A DNA stretch of 64,000 bases from positions 294,810,001-294,874,000 of the forward strand of contig OZ024743.1 in assembly GCA_964016885.1 (NCBI GenBank). Direction: 5' to 3'. A program made the position numbers and the translations under genes. Numbering within the stretch: position 1 is the first letter of the stretch; each line of letters opens with the position of its first letter. The notes below the pieces were generated by a model. It made no database searches. It saw only the letters and a list, made by a program, of their open reading frames with translations, and had not been told where the DNA came from. This document shows, one piece after another, positions 13,470-28,408 of the stretch. Origin of the DNA: Eledone cirrhosa (Eukaryota).

Positions 13470-16451
13470 TATCTTTCTTTATTTGCCACAGGGGCGTACA
13501 AAAGTGGGAGATTACAAGACTTGACGGCAGGGGTTTTACATAAAATATTTAACACTGATAAATAACAATAAACTATATAAAATAAAACAATTGAAATCCC
13601 CATTATGGGAGGGGCGTAAGGCTACTACGGGGTTGTTTTACACCCCGTGGATAGAACAACCCTCAACACCAGGAATACGTTTTGTAGGTGTTCCCGTCTT
13701 CCCTCTGTTTATCTTCCTCAACCTACAGGTTTATATACAGAGAAGGGCTATTTTCGCCATTTTCGCCACATTCACCCACCTTTCAGCGACTTTACTGGTG
13801 TGTAGCAACCCCTCTCTCCACTCTCACCTTCCTTCTGAAGTGGTATCTAAAGAAGGGGATAAGTTGTTGTCCGGAGAGAAAGGTGTTTGCTCTCAATCCT
13901 TTTCACCTCGTCCTCCATATTACCGCTTTCGCCATAGCCACCAGACAGAGGAAGACCGCCTCTCCTTCATTCTTAAATTAAGGCGGCGGGGTGATCCTCA
14001 CGATGGACTCGGTTGACAACTGGATGCGTCCCACACATGACAGTAGCTGTTCGACATAATTCCACAGGTTGGTCACCCCTGGGCACTGAACAATTACGTG
14101 GAGAATGGTTTCGATTTCCTGCTCGCACCTGGGACAGGTCCTTTTGACAGTCTCTCTGCCAGGGCGTCCGTGCTTATAGATTTTGTCTCGAACTGGTAGA
14201 GCTCCTCGGTAGCACTGCCAGGCAAGAAACCTCTGGAAGTTATCCATAGGCCCTGGACGGAAAGTCCTCCCGAACACACTGATCAGTTGGTCTTACTAGA
14301 TGCCTTGAGTTGCCCCGAGAACGTCGTCACACTTATCCTCCACTAATCCCCTATAGAATGTCGAAATGGAGTCTCCGCTGATTGCCGTTTGCGCTTGGTA
14401 GAGGGCTGTGAGAGCCTGAAGGTACTCGAGGTGCCAGGCGCCCATTTTCCGTCTTCGCTTGACCCAGGACTGCAGCTCTGTTAATGAGAAGAGTTGTGGA
14501 AGAGCTCGTCTCACAAACGACAGCGACACCGGTTTGCCTGTCAGGAACACCTGGAGATGGCGTAGCCTCAGCGCGTGTTTGCACATCATCAGCCATGGCA
14601 TGCTCAGCACTCCGTTAGAAGGGGGTTGACAGCAGATGGACCTCCTCACCAATGGAGCCTGTTTCTTCCAGAGGAACTTGACGAGTAGGCGTTCCCTTTT
14701 GGTGAGGTATTCGCGGGGACAAGGCAGACAGTCAAGCGGTAGTAGATGACGGACGCTATGTAAGTGTTCGCCACCTCCGCTTGACCTTTCAAGGAGAGTT
14801 TGCCCTCAGCCCACTTCTGGGTGAGTGCAAACTCCTTCGCCGTGACCTCGTTCCAGTTCTTGTCCACGTGGATGTCTGGACCAGACCAGACCCCGAGCAA
14901 TTTCACCGGTCCTTCCGTCCAGCGTACAACAGCACTGTCGGAAGGCATGGGTTTGCCTCTCCATGTGCCGAGTTGCAAACGGACAGACTTGTTTGGGTCT
15001 AGTCTAGTTCCTGTCAACGTTTCGTATTCGTGTAATAGGTTGCCGAATACCCCGATTTCCGAGGTTTTCGACACCATTACGGTTATCTCGTCGGCATAGG
15101 CCGACGCTGGTTTCCGCAGTCCTGGTTCGTTCGCAACAGCTCCAACCTCCGCAGTAATGGCTCGAGAGTCAGTACATACAAAATGGAGGAGAGAGGGCAC
15201 TCCTGACGGATGGAGCGCATGATTTGGAATGGCTCCGATAGATAGCCATTCACCTTGACTGCCGAGCAGATGCTGGTATGCATGACAACTATCCAGCCTC
15301 TGAAGACGGGACCGAAGCCGGCCGCATTTAGAACCGCTTCCAAGTATTGATGGTCGACCCTAACAAATGCCTTAGACTGTTCTAAATTGATCAGAGTCCA
15401 ACCGAAGCCAGGTTTACACCCTACGCTCTCTCTGATGTATCGCAGGAGGTGGAGGTTGTCGTGTATGGACCTGGTCGGAATTGCACACGTTTGCGCTTCC
15501 CCTACCAGGTTCTCGACGACAAGCGCCAGCCTCGCTGCTAACACCTTGGCCAACATCTGTAATTCTGTGTTGAGCAGAGTTATGGGCCTCAAATTGCTTA
15601 TCTCATCCCCCTTGTTCTCATCTTTCCTGATCAGCGTTACTACGCCTCTGCCTACAGAAGTGGGAATCCTCCCGTTCTGCTGCCAGTTTCAGTAGACCGC
15701 TTCGAGGACGCTAGAGAACAAGTCTGGCATGCCTATGTAAATTTCATAGGGTAAACCATTTAAACCGGGTGATTTGCGTTTCCCACAGCGGCCTAGGGCA
15801 TATTCTATTTCGCCCGCTGTGATCGGCCTTTCGCAGCTCTACACATCCGTGCTCGAGAATCGTGGTACGCCGTCGAGGTAGGAGCTGAAGTCCACCACAC
15901 GTCTTGACGTACCGCTTTGCCCGAACAGTTATGCAAAATGCTGCTGGAAGTCCGTGCACATCTGCTTGTATTCAAGCATAATGCGTCCATCTTTGTCTTG
16001 CAAAGACCGAATTGTGGATTTGTTGTCACTTTTCACCTCTGCCACTCGGGCCCAGCTCACAGCATCGCCTCCCTCGTTTCTTAGAGCACGTGTTCTACTT
16101 CTGACAATACAACCTTCGTGTTTCACGTTGAAGAACTTGTCGAGTGCTATTCTCGCCGCTAGCACGTCAGCTGTACTGCCATTCTTAAGTGCCTCTTCTA
16201 CTTTAGCTACCATTTCCTTTTCGGTTTTATTTTTGTCTAAAGCTACCCCCTTGCTAAATGTCATCGATTCTATTCTAATTGCCCTTTTGAGAGAGCTCCA
16301 CCACCTGTTGTTGACGATCGGCCCCGTCAACTGGCACTTAACTAAGGTGCTAATCCGTTTACTGTAGTCCTTACGCGCCGGAGGCGACGTTTAGCTTCCA
16401 GTATCCGGGTCCCTATCTATGTGTTCTATCAAGGTTGACTACGTAGGTGAC

Positions 16452-16452
<1 letters not shown>
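13470..16452 (-). mobile_element. 5'-truncated L1/Tx1-clade LINE; ORF2 pseudogene with RT and zf-RVT
   Basis: Motifs GPGYWKLN (~16400), RPITLLNTE, SKAFVRVDH, RQECPLS, AYADE and CPRC..H..C. The 3' end reads gcccctgtggcaaataaagaaaga. Multiple frameshifts are present. Confidence 0.93.

Positions 16453-16508
<56 letters not shown>
16452..16508. repeat. (TAGA)n microsatellite
   Basis: Directly visible, abutting the LINE 5' truncation point. Confidence 0.95.
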
Positions 16509-16509
<1 letters not shown>

Positions 16510-16551
16510 CACATATATTCAGAGTAATTCTGTTTTGAGACAGCGAGCAAG

Positions 16552-16777
16552 TTTGAAAATAGAAATAGGAACTCTCGCCGTATTTTTGACTGAAGCAGCT
16601 TTAGCCTGATTGTAGGGTTTAGAACCCTCTAAGAAATGGTAAAAGATGAGTATTAACGTACATGCACATCAATACTCATCTTTTTCCATTTCATAGAGTA
16701 GTGGAGCTTACTCCACTATCAGGCTACAGGGACTTTAGTCAAATGGTACAGTGAAAGCTTCTATATCTATTTTCAAA
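16552..16777. repeat. imperfect foldback with ~105-bp arms
   Basis: tttgaaaatag..aaaagatgagtatt pairs with aatactcatctttt..ctattttcaaa. Confidence 0.75.
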
Positions 16778-17431
16778 TATATTCATATATATATATATAT
16801 AAGAGGTTCATAAATAGGAGACAAAATAAATTCAGGAGAATTGATTAATACACATATCAAAATTACTCATGTACTGAAAATAATCCAATATTAAGGCATT
16901 TAAATGCCCCTAACAGGAAAACTGGACATTGGCGTACGTTGGAAATTGAAGGGTGGGTATGTTGCTGTAATCGTATATCAGACTGATCGTGCAAATAACA
17001 GATGTGGGGTCGGTTTTTTCTCACCTATTATAATACCTATTTGTTCCGTTATGTGCGTTCATATTTTATAATAGTTGACTGTTTTCAATAGACAATTTAC
17101 GAGGAATGTTTCTAATTCTATTTTCAGAAGTTTTCAGTTCATCACCGTACACACATTCACACTTGCTTACGTATATATATATATATATATAAGACCAAAG
17201 GTTTAACAAGGTTCATTGATTAATCAATGAATATAGTTTTACAATAGATTAGAAGCACTCAACAGAAATTGAATCATCAGCACAGTTGAGGTATGTCAGA
17301 CATCAATTTATTTTATCTGATGAGGACGTACTGATGAAACAGCTCAGTACCTCTGAAATATATATAATCAAATATATTTGATCACATGAATGTCTATATT
17401 TATTAATTTTTTGATGTAATATATATATATA

Positions 17432-20400
17432 CTAGCAGTTTAGCCCGGCGTTGCTCGGGTTTGTACATTTGCTATGAAACGTTATATACAGGAAAACGTA
17501 GCTTGAAAGCGCATAAGCTTATCAATTAAGTGCATAAAGCAGTTGAACCGGTTATTAATAGTTACGAACCAATTAGCATTTTGGACAATCAATGATGGGT
17601 TAATAATCTTCCATTAGCGAATTTAGTAGACCAAAGTTGCAAGATGGTGGCGCTGATGCCGCTGGGTGTTAGATCAGTCCGCTATGGGTGACCCTACCAG
17701 TTTTCCAGACGGCATAGCTCCAACACCTCCAACACCTGCACCAACATCTATAGCACCTCTTTGTAGACGATATTGCGTGTCATCCCTTGAGGAGTGTAAG
17801 CAAAAAGTCCATTTCTGCTCCCCACGCGGGAACAGGCAACATTATGCTGGTCATGGGAGAAGTATGGCTCCCCCAAATGGATGTCCGCCACCGACAATGT
17901 TTGCCCTTGTGACTTGTTAATGGACATGGCAAAACATGGTCTCACCAGGAATTGGGATCGCCGGAAATCGAACGAGATATCTGACGCCGAGGGGAAAAAG
18001 GTTCATCCTTGGAATGAAAACATTTTCCCCTCTCCCGCACCCCGTTACAATGGTGGCCTCAATCAAGTGGGGCGTCAGTCACTTGACGACCATGCGAGTA
18101 CCGTTGCACTGCTTTTGTGGACGCAAGTTCCTTATTAGTATAATGGGACAGCCAACCCTAAGCTTAAGAATGTCAGGTGGGATCCCTGGGGGCTCAAGGG
18201 AATTTAATAACTCAACCGGATAAATAACGATATCGTCGGGGTCTGACGTCCAGTCGATAGATTTGAAGATGAGTTCTTTACCGGAAATCTTCTCAATCAG
18301 CTGTTCGTTAATAAAATTAAACATGGTATTTTTTGGAGCAAGGATGGCTCTTTCGTTGAGCCAAACGAGGTTTTTAAAGTTAGATGAGACATTAGGAAAA
18401 ACTGCTTCCCAATGTTCAGAAGGGCTGCTCACAATGTTGTACAGGGAGTCAATTCCTATGCCGCCCTTGTCATCCACAGGGACCTTGCTCTCACCAAGTG
18501 CTAAAATATTCTGAGCAAATGCTGCAGACATGTTGTTACCATGCAAATGAGCACGCATATTTGTGCTCAAGTACAAACTCTTCACCTGGAGTCACATCCT
18601 GGACGGCTTAAGGCAGGCACGCACTTAAGTCCTCAGACATAAAGTCTCTGTACTTGACCCATAAAGATTTGGGATCACCCAATTCACACTTTTGAAGCAA
18701 AATGACAAAGAGATCCCGTAGACCTTTAGGTGATTTCAACAAAGCTTCCTCTGCTAAAGTGGAATCCCATTACGAATCATCCAAAACACCACGCTTAAAG
18801 CAGGCTTGCCGGTACGTATCACATATTTCTCCATCAACACTTTTGAGGTCCTGAACACTGTGTGGGACTACAACTTCATGCAGAAGAAGGCGGAGATGAA
18901 AGCATTCATGCTGACTTGGGGGCACAGTGTAATCCCTTCCAAGACAGCTGTCAAATTTTTAACTAGGATGTCTTTCAGCAGCCTGACCTGACTTTCTTCG
19001 CACCCAAGTGTTTTTCGAACATATAAAGTAGGATGGAACCTGGGAGTACACAATTCTTAGCGCAACTGTATAGAACTGGCAAAGTTTGAAGAAACCCGGC
19101 AGAGTGGTCTCTTTCGGATCGGCGGCCAACTTGGCGGCGATTTTGTCCGTAAAGTAAACCCTTTGCCCATTTTCCAAATGTACCTCAAGCTGAACGATGC
19201 GGGATCACTTTGGTGTAGGGGTAAACCAAATAGGCGCCAAAAAGATTCATTGCTACTGATGTACCGCCTCGCCAGGTATTCTGTAACCTCGTCCCTGCTA
19301 TTTTCAGCTTGAAATGCGACATTGTGGCATCAGAGCCCTTATTTACATATTTTCATATGTATTTTATCGACTTGACGGAGTTGCAAAACTCAAAGTTGAT
19401 GTGGGCGTTGAACTTCTTCAAGAGAAGCGGGCAGTAAGGGACCATCCATCTATTGTCGACTTGACCTCCCCTTACTGTTGTGGTGAAGCCACCGTTCTCG
19501 GGCCGTCTCCGCCTGTACAGGGGGTACACGTCGCCACCAGTCTGAGTCTAGTCAACAAATTTGTTTGGGTATCCTTTACTGCACGACCCCCCTTTTAGAC
19601 ACGTGTAATGCTCATTAGGACCCGACGCACACGGACCATGTTAGCTTTGACGATGTCATGTAATTCCTGGTCAATTGCTGGGTTAGGGATTTCAGCCGAA
19701 ATGAAGCTGTCTATGGCATTTGAATTGATTTTATCAGCTAACCAAATCAAAATCTGAGCATGTGGCAGCCTTCGTCTTTGCCATTAGACGGTGGACATGT
19801 CACATTTTACAGCCCCAAATACCTGACTTTTTTATTAAAGCCATGAGTTTAGCCAGTTTCAGTCTGAACACTCTGGCAATGAGGTCATGTCTGTTCAAAT
19901 AATTTTGCACAGGAAAAAGTTCACGGGTTACATTCCGATTCATATGTGTATAGCATCAATCTGTTATATGAAGTGTTATTTTGTGGGTTGTTATTTGCAA
20001 TAAGCCGATTGAAAATTCCCCAGATAAGCCGTATGTCAATACGGAACGCTCCACTGCAGTGTTGTCATATAGGGAGTGAAGAGCGACAGAGAGAGTAATG
20101 CAGTTAAATTATAGAGAGGGGGAATGATCATGATCGATGTTTGCCCTTATTGTTGATTGATTTGAAATGTGTTTGCTTCATGACCTTCTCCTGACCAAAA
20201 GGAATAATTGTCCCGACTTTGAATAGAATCCCGTTAAAAAAGTTTTCTCATTAATTTTTTCTCATATTGAGAAGAACAAAGAAAGAAAATTACAAAAAGG
20301 ACAACAATAAAATATAATGTCTTTGTTGAGAATCATGTAAATAAATGCGTAAGCGTCGTTATTATTACGTTTGTTGTTTCATAAATTCATCTGTTGCTTT

Positions 20401-21040
20401 TGAATATTTGTTATTTGATGTAAAATGTAAGTGTGTAAAATGTAACGTTGAGAGAGCAGTATGTATTTAGTGTTATCGGCTTTTTAAATTTTGATATTTG
20501 ATATGAGTGTCGTTATGACTGTAGAGAGGGGGAATCATCTATTGTAGAGAGTGGGAAGAGCGACGGAGAGAGTAAAGCTATGGTTGTTGTGTTGCTTAGG
20601 TTTCAAAGTTTGTGTCGCGTTCCTTCAAAAGAAGTTTTGTCGTTGTTCTAAACTGTAATGGTGATAGGGTAACCTTAAACTGTAATGGTGATAGGCAGTA
20701 ACCTTTTAAAGAGAGTTGGAGAGGCGATTGAGAGTGGAGTAGAGGAAAGGATGTACCTTTTAAAGAGAGTTGCAACATGTATGTAGTTTCATATATTTTT
20801 GATGGTAGTAGTGAGAGGAATGAAGCGTGTAAGAGAGAGGGTTACAGCATGTATTTAGTTTTATCGAGTTTTTTTCATAGAAGAAGGAAATTCTTGGCAA
20901 AAATAATTACGGGTTGAGAGACCTGCCCTGGTAAATTTGGAGCACATTGGAAAAGAAATCATCAAAATCGGTAGAGAAATGTGGAAATGCATAAAAATCA
21001 TACACACACAGAGACAGACATCTACCGTTTTATATATATA
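17432..21040 (-). mobile_element. internally deleted Helitron
   Basis: The 3' end has the hairpin cccgagcaacgccggg (17444-17459) followed by CTAG|T. The putative 5' end is tatatataaaacggtagatgtctgtc, with the diagnostic TC obscured by (TA)n. RepHel remnants lie inside. Confidence 0.9.
17748..19935 (-). pseudogene. Helitron RepHel pseudogene (HUH Rep + PIF1-like helicase C-terminal half)
   Basis: Rep motifs RHDLIARVF, WQRRRLPHAQILIWL and SIKYI*KYVNKG. Helicase motifs LSTNMR, ERAILAPKN, LIRNL..CNGTR, FAMSINKSQGQTL and VACSRV. Confidence 0.93.
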
Positions 21041-21042
21041 TC

Positions 21043-21080
<38 letters not shown>

Positions 21081-21546
21081 CAAACACATATATGTGTATA
21101 GGGTGCATTTTTGTGTGGACATATATATATATATATATATATATGTGTATGTAAAAGGTAAACAGAAATAACAACACAATCGGTACATTATATGGAAGGT
21201 ATAATATATAGACACACAAACGCATATATATATATATATATATATTGAGGTTCATGCTCATAAATCTCAGATGATTAAGTGTAACTGGATATAAACATAA
21301 ATTTGTATTTATCGATATATAGCCAATGCACAAATGTATAAACTAGTAGGTCACATATATTTTCACGTGCGTATCAAACATTACCCTATACATAGATAAT
21401 GCTATTCCTATTTATTTCCAGTTTGAATGTGTCGTGTCGAAGAAAACTAATTTGAATTTCTATGACTATAATTTCCGCAAAACCTAATTTTTAACCTACA
21501 ATATTCGCCCGGACAAAAACGAAATTATTATTACACACACGCATGC

Positions 21547-21582
<36 letters not shown>

Positions 21583-21635
21583 CGGTTCCGATCTAGCTGT
21601 CGAAACGGCCGAGGCTCAGCTGTCGGTGTCCTGAC
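21583..21635 (+). repeat. fragment of the PLE terminal repeat related to 51440-51490
   Basis: tagctgtcgaaacggccgaggctcagctgtcggtgtc matches tagccgtcgaaacggcttgagctcagctgtcggggtc. Confidence 0.65.
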
Positions 21636-21642
21636 TCTTTTC

Positions 21643-22262
<620 letters not shown>

Positions 22263-22432
22263 TATATGTATATATATATATATATATATAGTAGAAAATT
22301 CGAGTATCGAAAAATCGGCGCATGGGTTCACGATAAACAAAATTCGAGATGAGCGGCAGAGGGCTCCATAATTCAGATAAATCAGAGCTATAACTATCGT
22401 TAGAATACCGCCACACGTAGAGAAAAAAAAAA

Positions 22433-22726
<294 letters not shown>

Positions 22727-22753
22727 ACAGATTAAAGTTTAATAACATAAACA

Positions 22754-22940
22754 TTGGATTGGCAGTATCGATAGAGGGTCGGACGCCATGCTTTCCAGCA
22801 TAGTTACGTCCCTTTACGATCTGAGTTCAAATCCCGCCGAGGTTGACTTTGCCTTTCATCCTTACGGGGTCGATAAAATAAAGTACCAGTAATGCACTGG
22901 GGAATTGCTGGCCTTGTGCCTAAAGTAGAAACAGTTATTT
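22754..22940 (+). mobile_element. tRNA-derived SINE, young short subfamily
   Basis: A-box-like tggcagtatcg, B-box gagttcaaatcc and core gtcgataaaataaagtaccag. Near-identical to the copies at 62163 and 55491. Confidence 0.9.
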
Positions 22941-23060
22941 AAATAAATAAATATTTGCTCTACGGTTCTTATATATGTGATATATTTTTATCCTTATCGA
23001 GCCCTCTTTGGATTTAAGTCTTCAAATTTATTATTATTACTATATATATATATATATATA

Positions 23061-23279
23061 TTTGAAAAAAAAGGAAAAGAATGACTCACTTGTTCTATTA
23101 AAAAATTTATGATTTAATGTTATAATATTATAATATTATGAGTTGGTAGATCCAGTAAGTTCTTTGTTAACTTCGGTGGGAAGAACTTTAGAGATTCCTG
23201 GTTAAATTGGGTTGGAGAACTTTCTCGCATTCGTCTGTCTGTGGTGTGACTATATATAAGCAAGCTCATCATTATCTGA

Positions 23280-23331
<52 letters not shown>

Positions 23332-23672
23332 ACGTGCGTGTGTGTGTGTATGTTTGTATACTTTAATTCCTCCGGATCTTCATCATCATCAACACTCATT
23401 AACACCACACGCCATACCACAGACACATCCAAATCTCTCTTATATATAGTCACACATTTCAACACAACCTGGTCTCAGTTTGACAATCACCACAGACAGA
23501 CGAATGCGAGAAAGTTCTCCAACCCAAGTTAACAAGGAATCTCTAAAATTCTTCCCCCGAAGTTAACAAAGAACTTACTGGATCAACCAACTCATAATAT
23601 TATAATATTATAACATTAAATCATAATTTTTTTAACACTACAAGTGAAGTCATTATTTTCCTTTTTTTCAAA
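23061..23672. repeat. inverted repeat with ~185-bp arms, probably a PLE-type inverted terminus
   Basis: 23061-23246 pairs with 23488-23672. Confidence 0.85.
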
Positions 23673-23718
23673 TATACCTAACTGTACCAAGGATCTCACA
23701 CATTTTCCAATATATATG

Positions 23719-23766
<48 letters not shown>

Positions 23767-25065
23767 TGTGTGTGTGTGTGTGTCTGTGTGTGTGTGTGTG
23801 TGTGTGTCGTGCGCGCGCCTGTGTGTGTGTGTGTGCATGTGCGTGTATGTGCATGCGTGTGTATGTGTGTGTGTCTGTAAGTATGTATATATATATATAT
23901 TCGTCATATTTATATCAAATAATAACAGTATTCGATTCGTTTACAAGCAAACAGCCTCATTACTTATGATTTTTTTGTGACCATCGTCATCTTTTTAAGA
24001 AACAATCGACAACATTGTTTCTGGGTTATTGTCCTTCGTCAAGAATGTGAATCTCTTTCTGTCACTTACAAGAACTCTTGAGAATATATAGCATTCTATG
24101 AAGTATACATCGGCTGATTTGTGTTATTCGCATACCGAGCCATTTTACGGCTGTCTTTGGCGAAAAATAAAAACAAAAAGAGATACAGAATCTTGACAAA
24201 GGGCTATAGACCCTCCCAGGAATATGTGAGCAAAGAAGAAGAATATATAAATATATATATATGCGTGTGTGTGTATATGTGTGTATACATATTAGTCAGA
24301 TGTGTAACTACAGTTACAGGTGGCGCGCCGTTTGAAGCACTCAATGCTGATACGAGGTCCTTCTCGTGTTGGGCTATATTCCGGTGTCATGACAGCTGTA
24401 GTATGCAAGGTGTTAATAGAGTAAGTTTCTCTCACTCTCTTTCTATCAATATATATCTTATGAAACATTATTTAGCTCTAATAATTCTACATCTCAATGG
24501 AGTGATAAAATATACAAACAAATCATCAAATTCTGAGAAGCAATTGAAAATATTAAACCCATACCAAAATCTCAATTTTGCGGAGACATAAGCCAGTCCG
24601 ACTAAAATATGTCAGTTTAACTCATATAATTTTCTCCCTACCATGGTTTCTGGATTAGAGAAATAATATTAATTATTTCAAAACATTGAAACAACCAATA
24701 TTGGAACATTACTAACTAAGATAATTAACCAGTAATTAAAAGATCAAAATCTTCAGTAATTATCGCCTTATATCATACATTACAGCTATTACAAGAACAA
24801 TGCAAGTGAAATTACTTTGTAAAGTTAAAACGTCGATACAGTAAAACTCTCACAGAAAAAATGAAGCGTTTGTATAATGCTATATGAAAACCACGTGCTT
24901 TTTGCATTGAAAGTCGTACAGTCTGACTTAGAAAGCCAGAGGTTAATAGGAAAGTCAGAAGTAAATCTTATACTTTAAACAACTCAATATAAATTAATTT
25001 AATTAATTAAAGGGAGTAGCAATAATATAAATACGAGAGACTAAAATAAAATCAGAGGACTATTA

Positions 25066-25215
25066 TTACTAAGATATCGTCAGAATTATCCTGAAGATTT
25101 CTTATAAATAAAGTAGTTAATGTCCTGTAGAAGTTATTACTGTAATGAAACGAATATACCTATAGTCTATTAACGTATTGAGTATTTTCTTAAGAATGGT
25201 CGTCTCCCAAGTTAT
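25066..25215. mobile_element. degenerate F1 copy in opposite orientation
   Basis: cctgaagattt..gtcctgtagaag..gtattgagta matches F1. Confidence 0.5.
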
Positions 25216-25252
25216 GTCATGATCCTACACACACACACGGACACACACAAAA

Positions 25253-25333
<81 letters not shown>

Positions 25334-25520
25334 GAGAGGTTGGCGAGAGAGACGAAACGAGAGAAAGAGTGAGAGTATTTCAGGTGAGAAAGAAAGAGAG
25401 AAATGTTAGGAGCTAGAAAGAATATTTACGTCGATTTTTTATCTGTATAAAATGTATATATATTATAAATACATATTTAGATTTATCCTTGTATATAGAA
25501 TATACAACAAACACAAACAG

Positions 25521-25569
<49 letters not shown>

Positions 25570-28278
25570 GAGAGAGAGAGAGAGTGGTGTGGGGGGAGGG
25601 CAGAGAAGGGAGATATAGATATTTAGATATCTTCATATAAATAATAGTTAGGTAGTTAACATACTTCTCTATTTTCGTTATATATATTTTTAAGTGTTAT
25701 TTTATTGTAATACTGATCAAAAAGATAGCTTTTGTTAAAGTGTTTGTTTTTTGTCTTTTCTTTCTTGTTTGTTTTTAGTTATTTTTTTCACAGAATATTC
25801 TCTGAAGGAACGAATGGAGTTTTGTGATGTTGGTGATGTTTTTACACATTTGTTTCTAAAACTGACTGAAACCATAACATTTCTTACATCGTGTGAATTG
25901 TGTTGAAGTTGAAACTTATTTCAAGTGCGATTGTTGGTTATATGGATATTTTCTATTTCTCAGCAAACAATATTTGTGCAAGTTTTTCAATATATCCTCC
26001 GGCTTTGTAAGTAAGTTTCTATTTTAAAATCAAAATTTTAAATTATTTTTGTTCCTCTAAAGATCATTATTTTTCTCTAAGATTTTCCACATTCACATTT
26101 ACATTGTTATTTACGTATTTACTATTTACATTGATTTATACGTATAACTTTCAAATCCTTGCAATATAAATACATTTAGCGTATACACAAATATATACGT
26201 ATACTCGAACACATATGTCTATATATGTATATCCATTGTGATAATCAATTTTGCACGTATAAGAATTTTCTTTTACTGCTTTCGATGTTTTTCTTGTGTT
26301 TATATTTATTATATTTGTATTTCATTTAAACAAGTGAAGAATTGTCAACACTTGTTACAAACCATATTTTTCTGGCGAGATAAGAATATCAGTAATGGTT
26401 TATGAACGCTTAAATTTGTTAACATACAACATGGCAAATAATATAAGCCTAATGTTTCATCCATTTGGATGTGAATAAATAAAGTACCAGTGCTAAACGT
26501 TAATGTTGTGGAAAGGTTAAGGATCAGAATGAAATATTGCGGTTGTGGTTCCGAGATCACCCACCTTCACTGGGGATGAGGCGGGTGGTTGAACCCTTCT
26601 GTCGTGAGTTCCAGACATCAAACAGTAACAACAATGGAAATCTAAAGACAACACAATCTTCTTGGTGCGATCTGATAATCGACCTCCTTAATTTGTATAA
26701 GAGAAATATGAATTTCTCACTCGCCCTGAAAAATTCCTAACAAATGTTTGGAACACAATGAAAACTTATTACTGAAAATAGTAGCACATATTCTCAGATT
26801 TTATCTAACATACAGAAAATATGTTACTTTTTTGAAGAGGATAATACCAAATTTATACTGAATATATAGATTTATTTTCGATATATAAAACGAAGACCTG
26901 CAATAGAGTGAAAAATCAAAACAGAATACGATTGCCAAAAGTAAACAGTCTCTGTGCCAAAATGGAATAATCCGAGGCTCACTGCTTCAAGTTGAAGCTA
27001 TCGGCAAAAATGATGCTAGTAAAAATGATACTATATATTTAAGAAATAAATATTCCACTCATTGACGGAGAATGCATTTGCTTGACATAAGCTAGTCTTG
27101 CCTGAAATGTAAACATGCGAAATAAAATAAAAATTGCGATAATATAAGGAAAGGGGATTTAGGATTAAAAAATATAATTCTGCAAATATTTCAGCACAGT
27201 AAGCCTCTCTACAATTATAAAAATAAAAGCGAAGCAAACTCACACATGCTATTTTTTTAAAATCATATTCTTATCTATTTATATATATATTAACACATTT
27301 GTGTCTGATATTTGCTATGTCACCCAAATATTTCTGCTTTGGTTTTCATTATACTTTTAAATTATCAAACTACCACACAGTACTACTTCACGCTGAACTT
27401 GTAAAAATTATATCCATAATCACACAATACTGTGTAGTATTTCAACCATCTTTCGTTGTTTCTCAAACGATCGTTGGGTATAATTTTCTGTAGCTTCTAT
27501 TTATCATTTAGTATAATTTTCTGTTGCTATTATTTATCATTTACAATTCGTGAACCAATAGCCACTGAAACACCACAGATAAATTTTTACAAGTTTGAAC
27601 CGTCTCCTGAATTAATATGAACTGATCTTTACAACGGACATTAACAGCTTTCTTAGAAGTTATCTTTATGGTAAAATTCAGCCAAATAAGCTAGAAATCA
27701 GACAAGATGGAAATATCACTATTTGCAATGATAGTATAAACAATCATAGTAAGTGTCGCTACAGTTAACGTCAAATATGGGTCACCTAGGAAAGTAGACT
27801 GGCTGCAGTGTAAATTTCTAGTTCCTGCTCAAAAGAATTTCGGGATTTAAAGCAGTTTTGGATCATCTGTTGACAGAAAATCAGTTCAAAACATTTTAAA
27901 GTGTAAGTCTGTAATATCATACTTCATATATATATATTTGTTTTGCAAAGGTTGTGATATGAAATCGTGTGTTGAAACAAATATTGTTATACTTGGGGAG
28001 AGTCATATTGTAATAATATTGCCAGAAATAATAACAGAACACACTCCCTGTTTGGCTGGTTTTCGCCTCTGTGCTTTTATATCTCTATAGTTAATTTATT
28101 TGGCAATCAATGTTTATCCTTGACTGACCAGCGGTTATTATTTCTGGCAATATTATAACAATATGACCCTCCCAAGTATAACAAAATATATATATATATT
28201 ATTAGCCTTATTGTATATTAAAACACAAATTCTGTATTGAATATACTTTTCTGTCAGCTGCCAATCATATATGGATAT

Positions 28279-28408
<130 letters not shown>

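Noticed and set aside
17318-17355. CTGATGA..GAAAC hammerhead-like string
   Set aside because: No consistent stems I, II and III could be folded.
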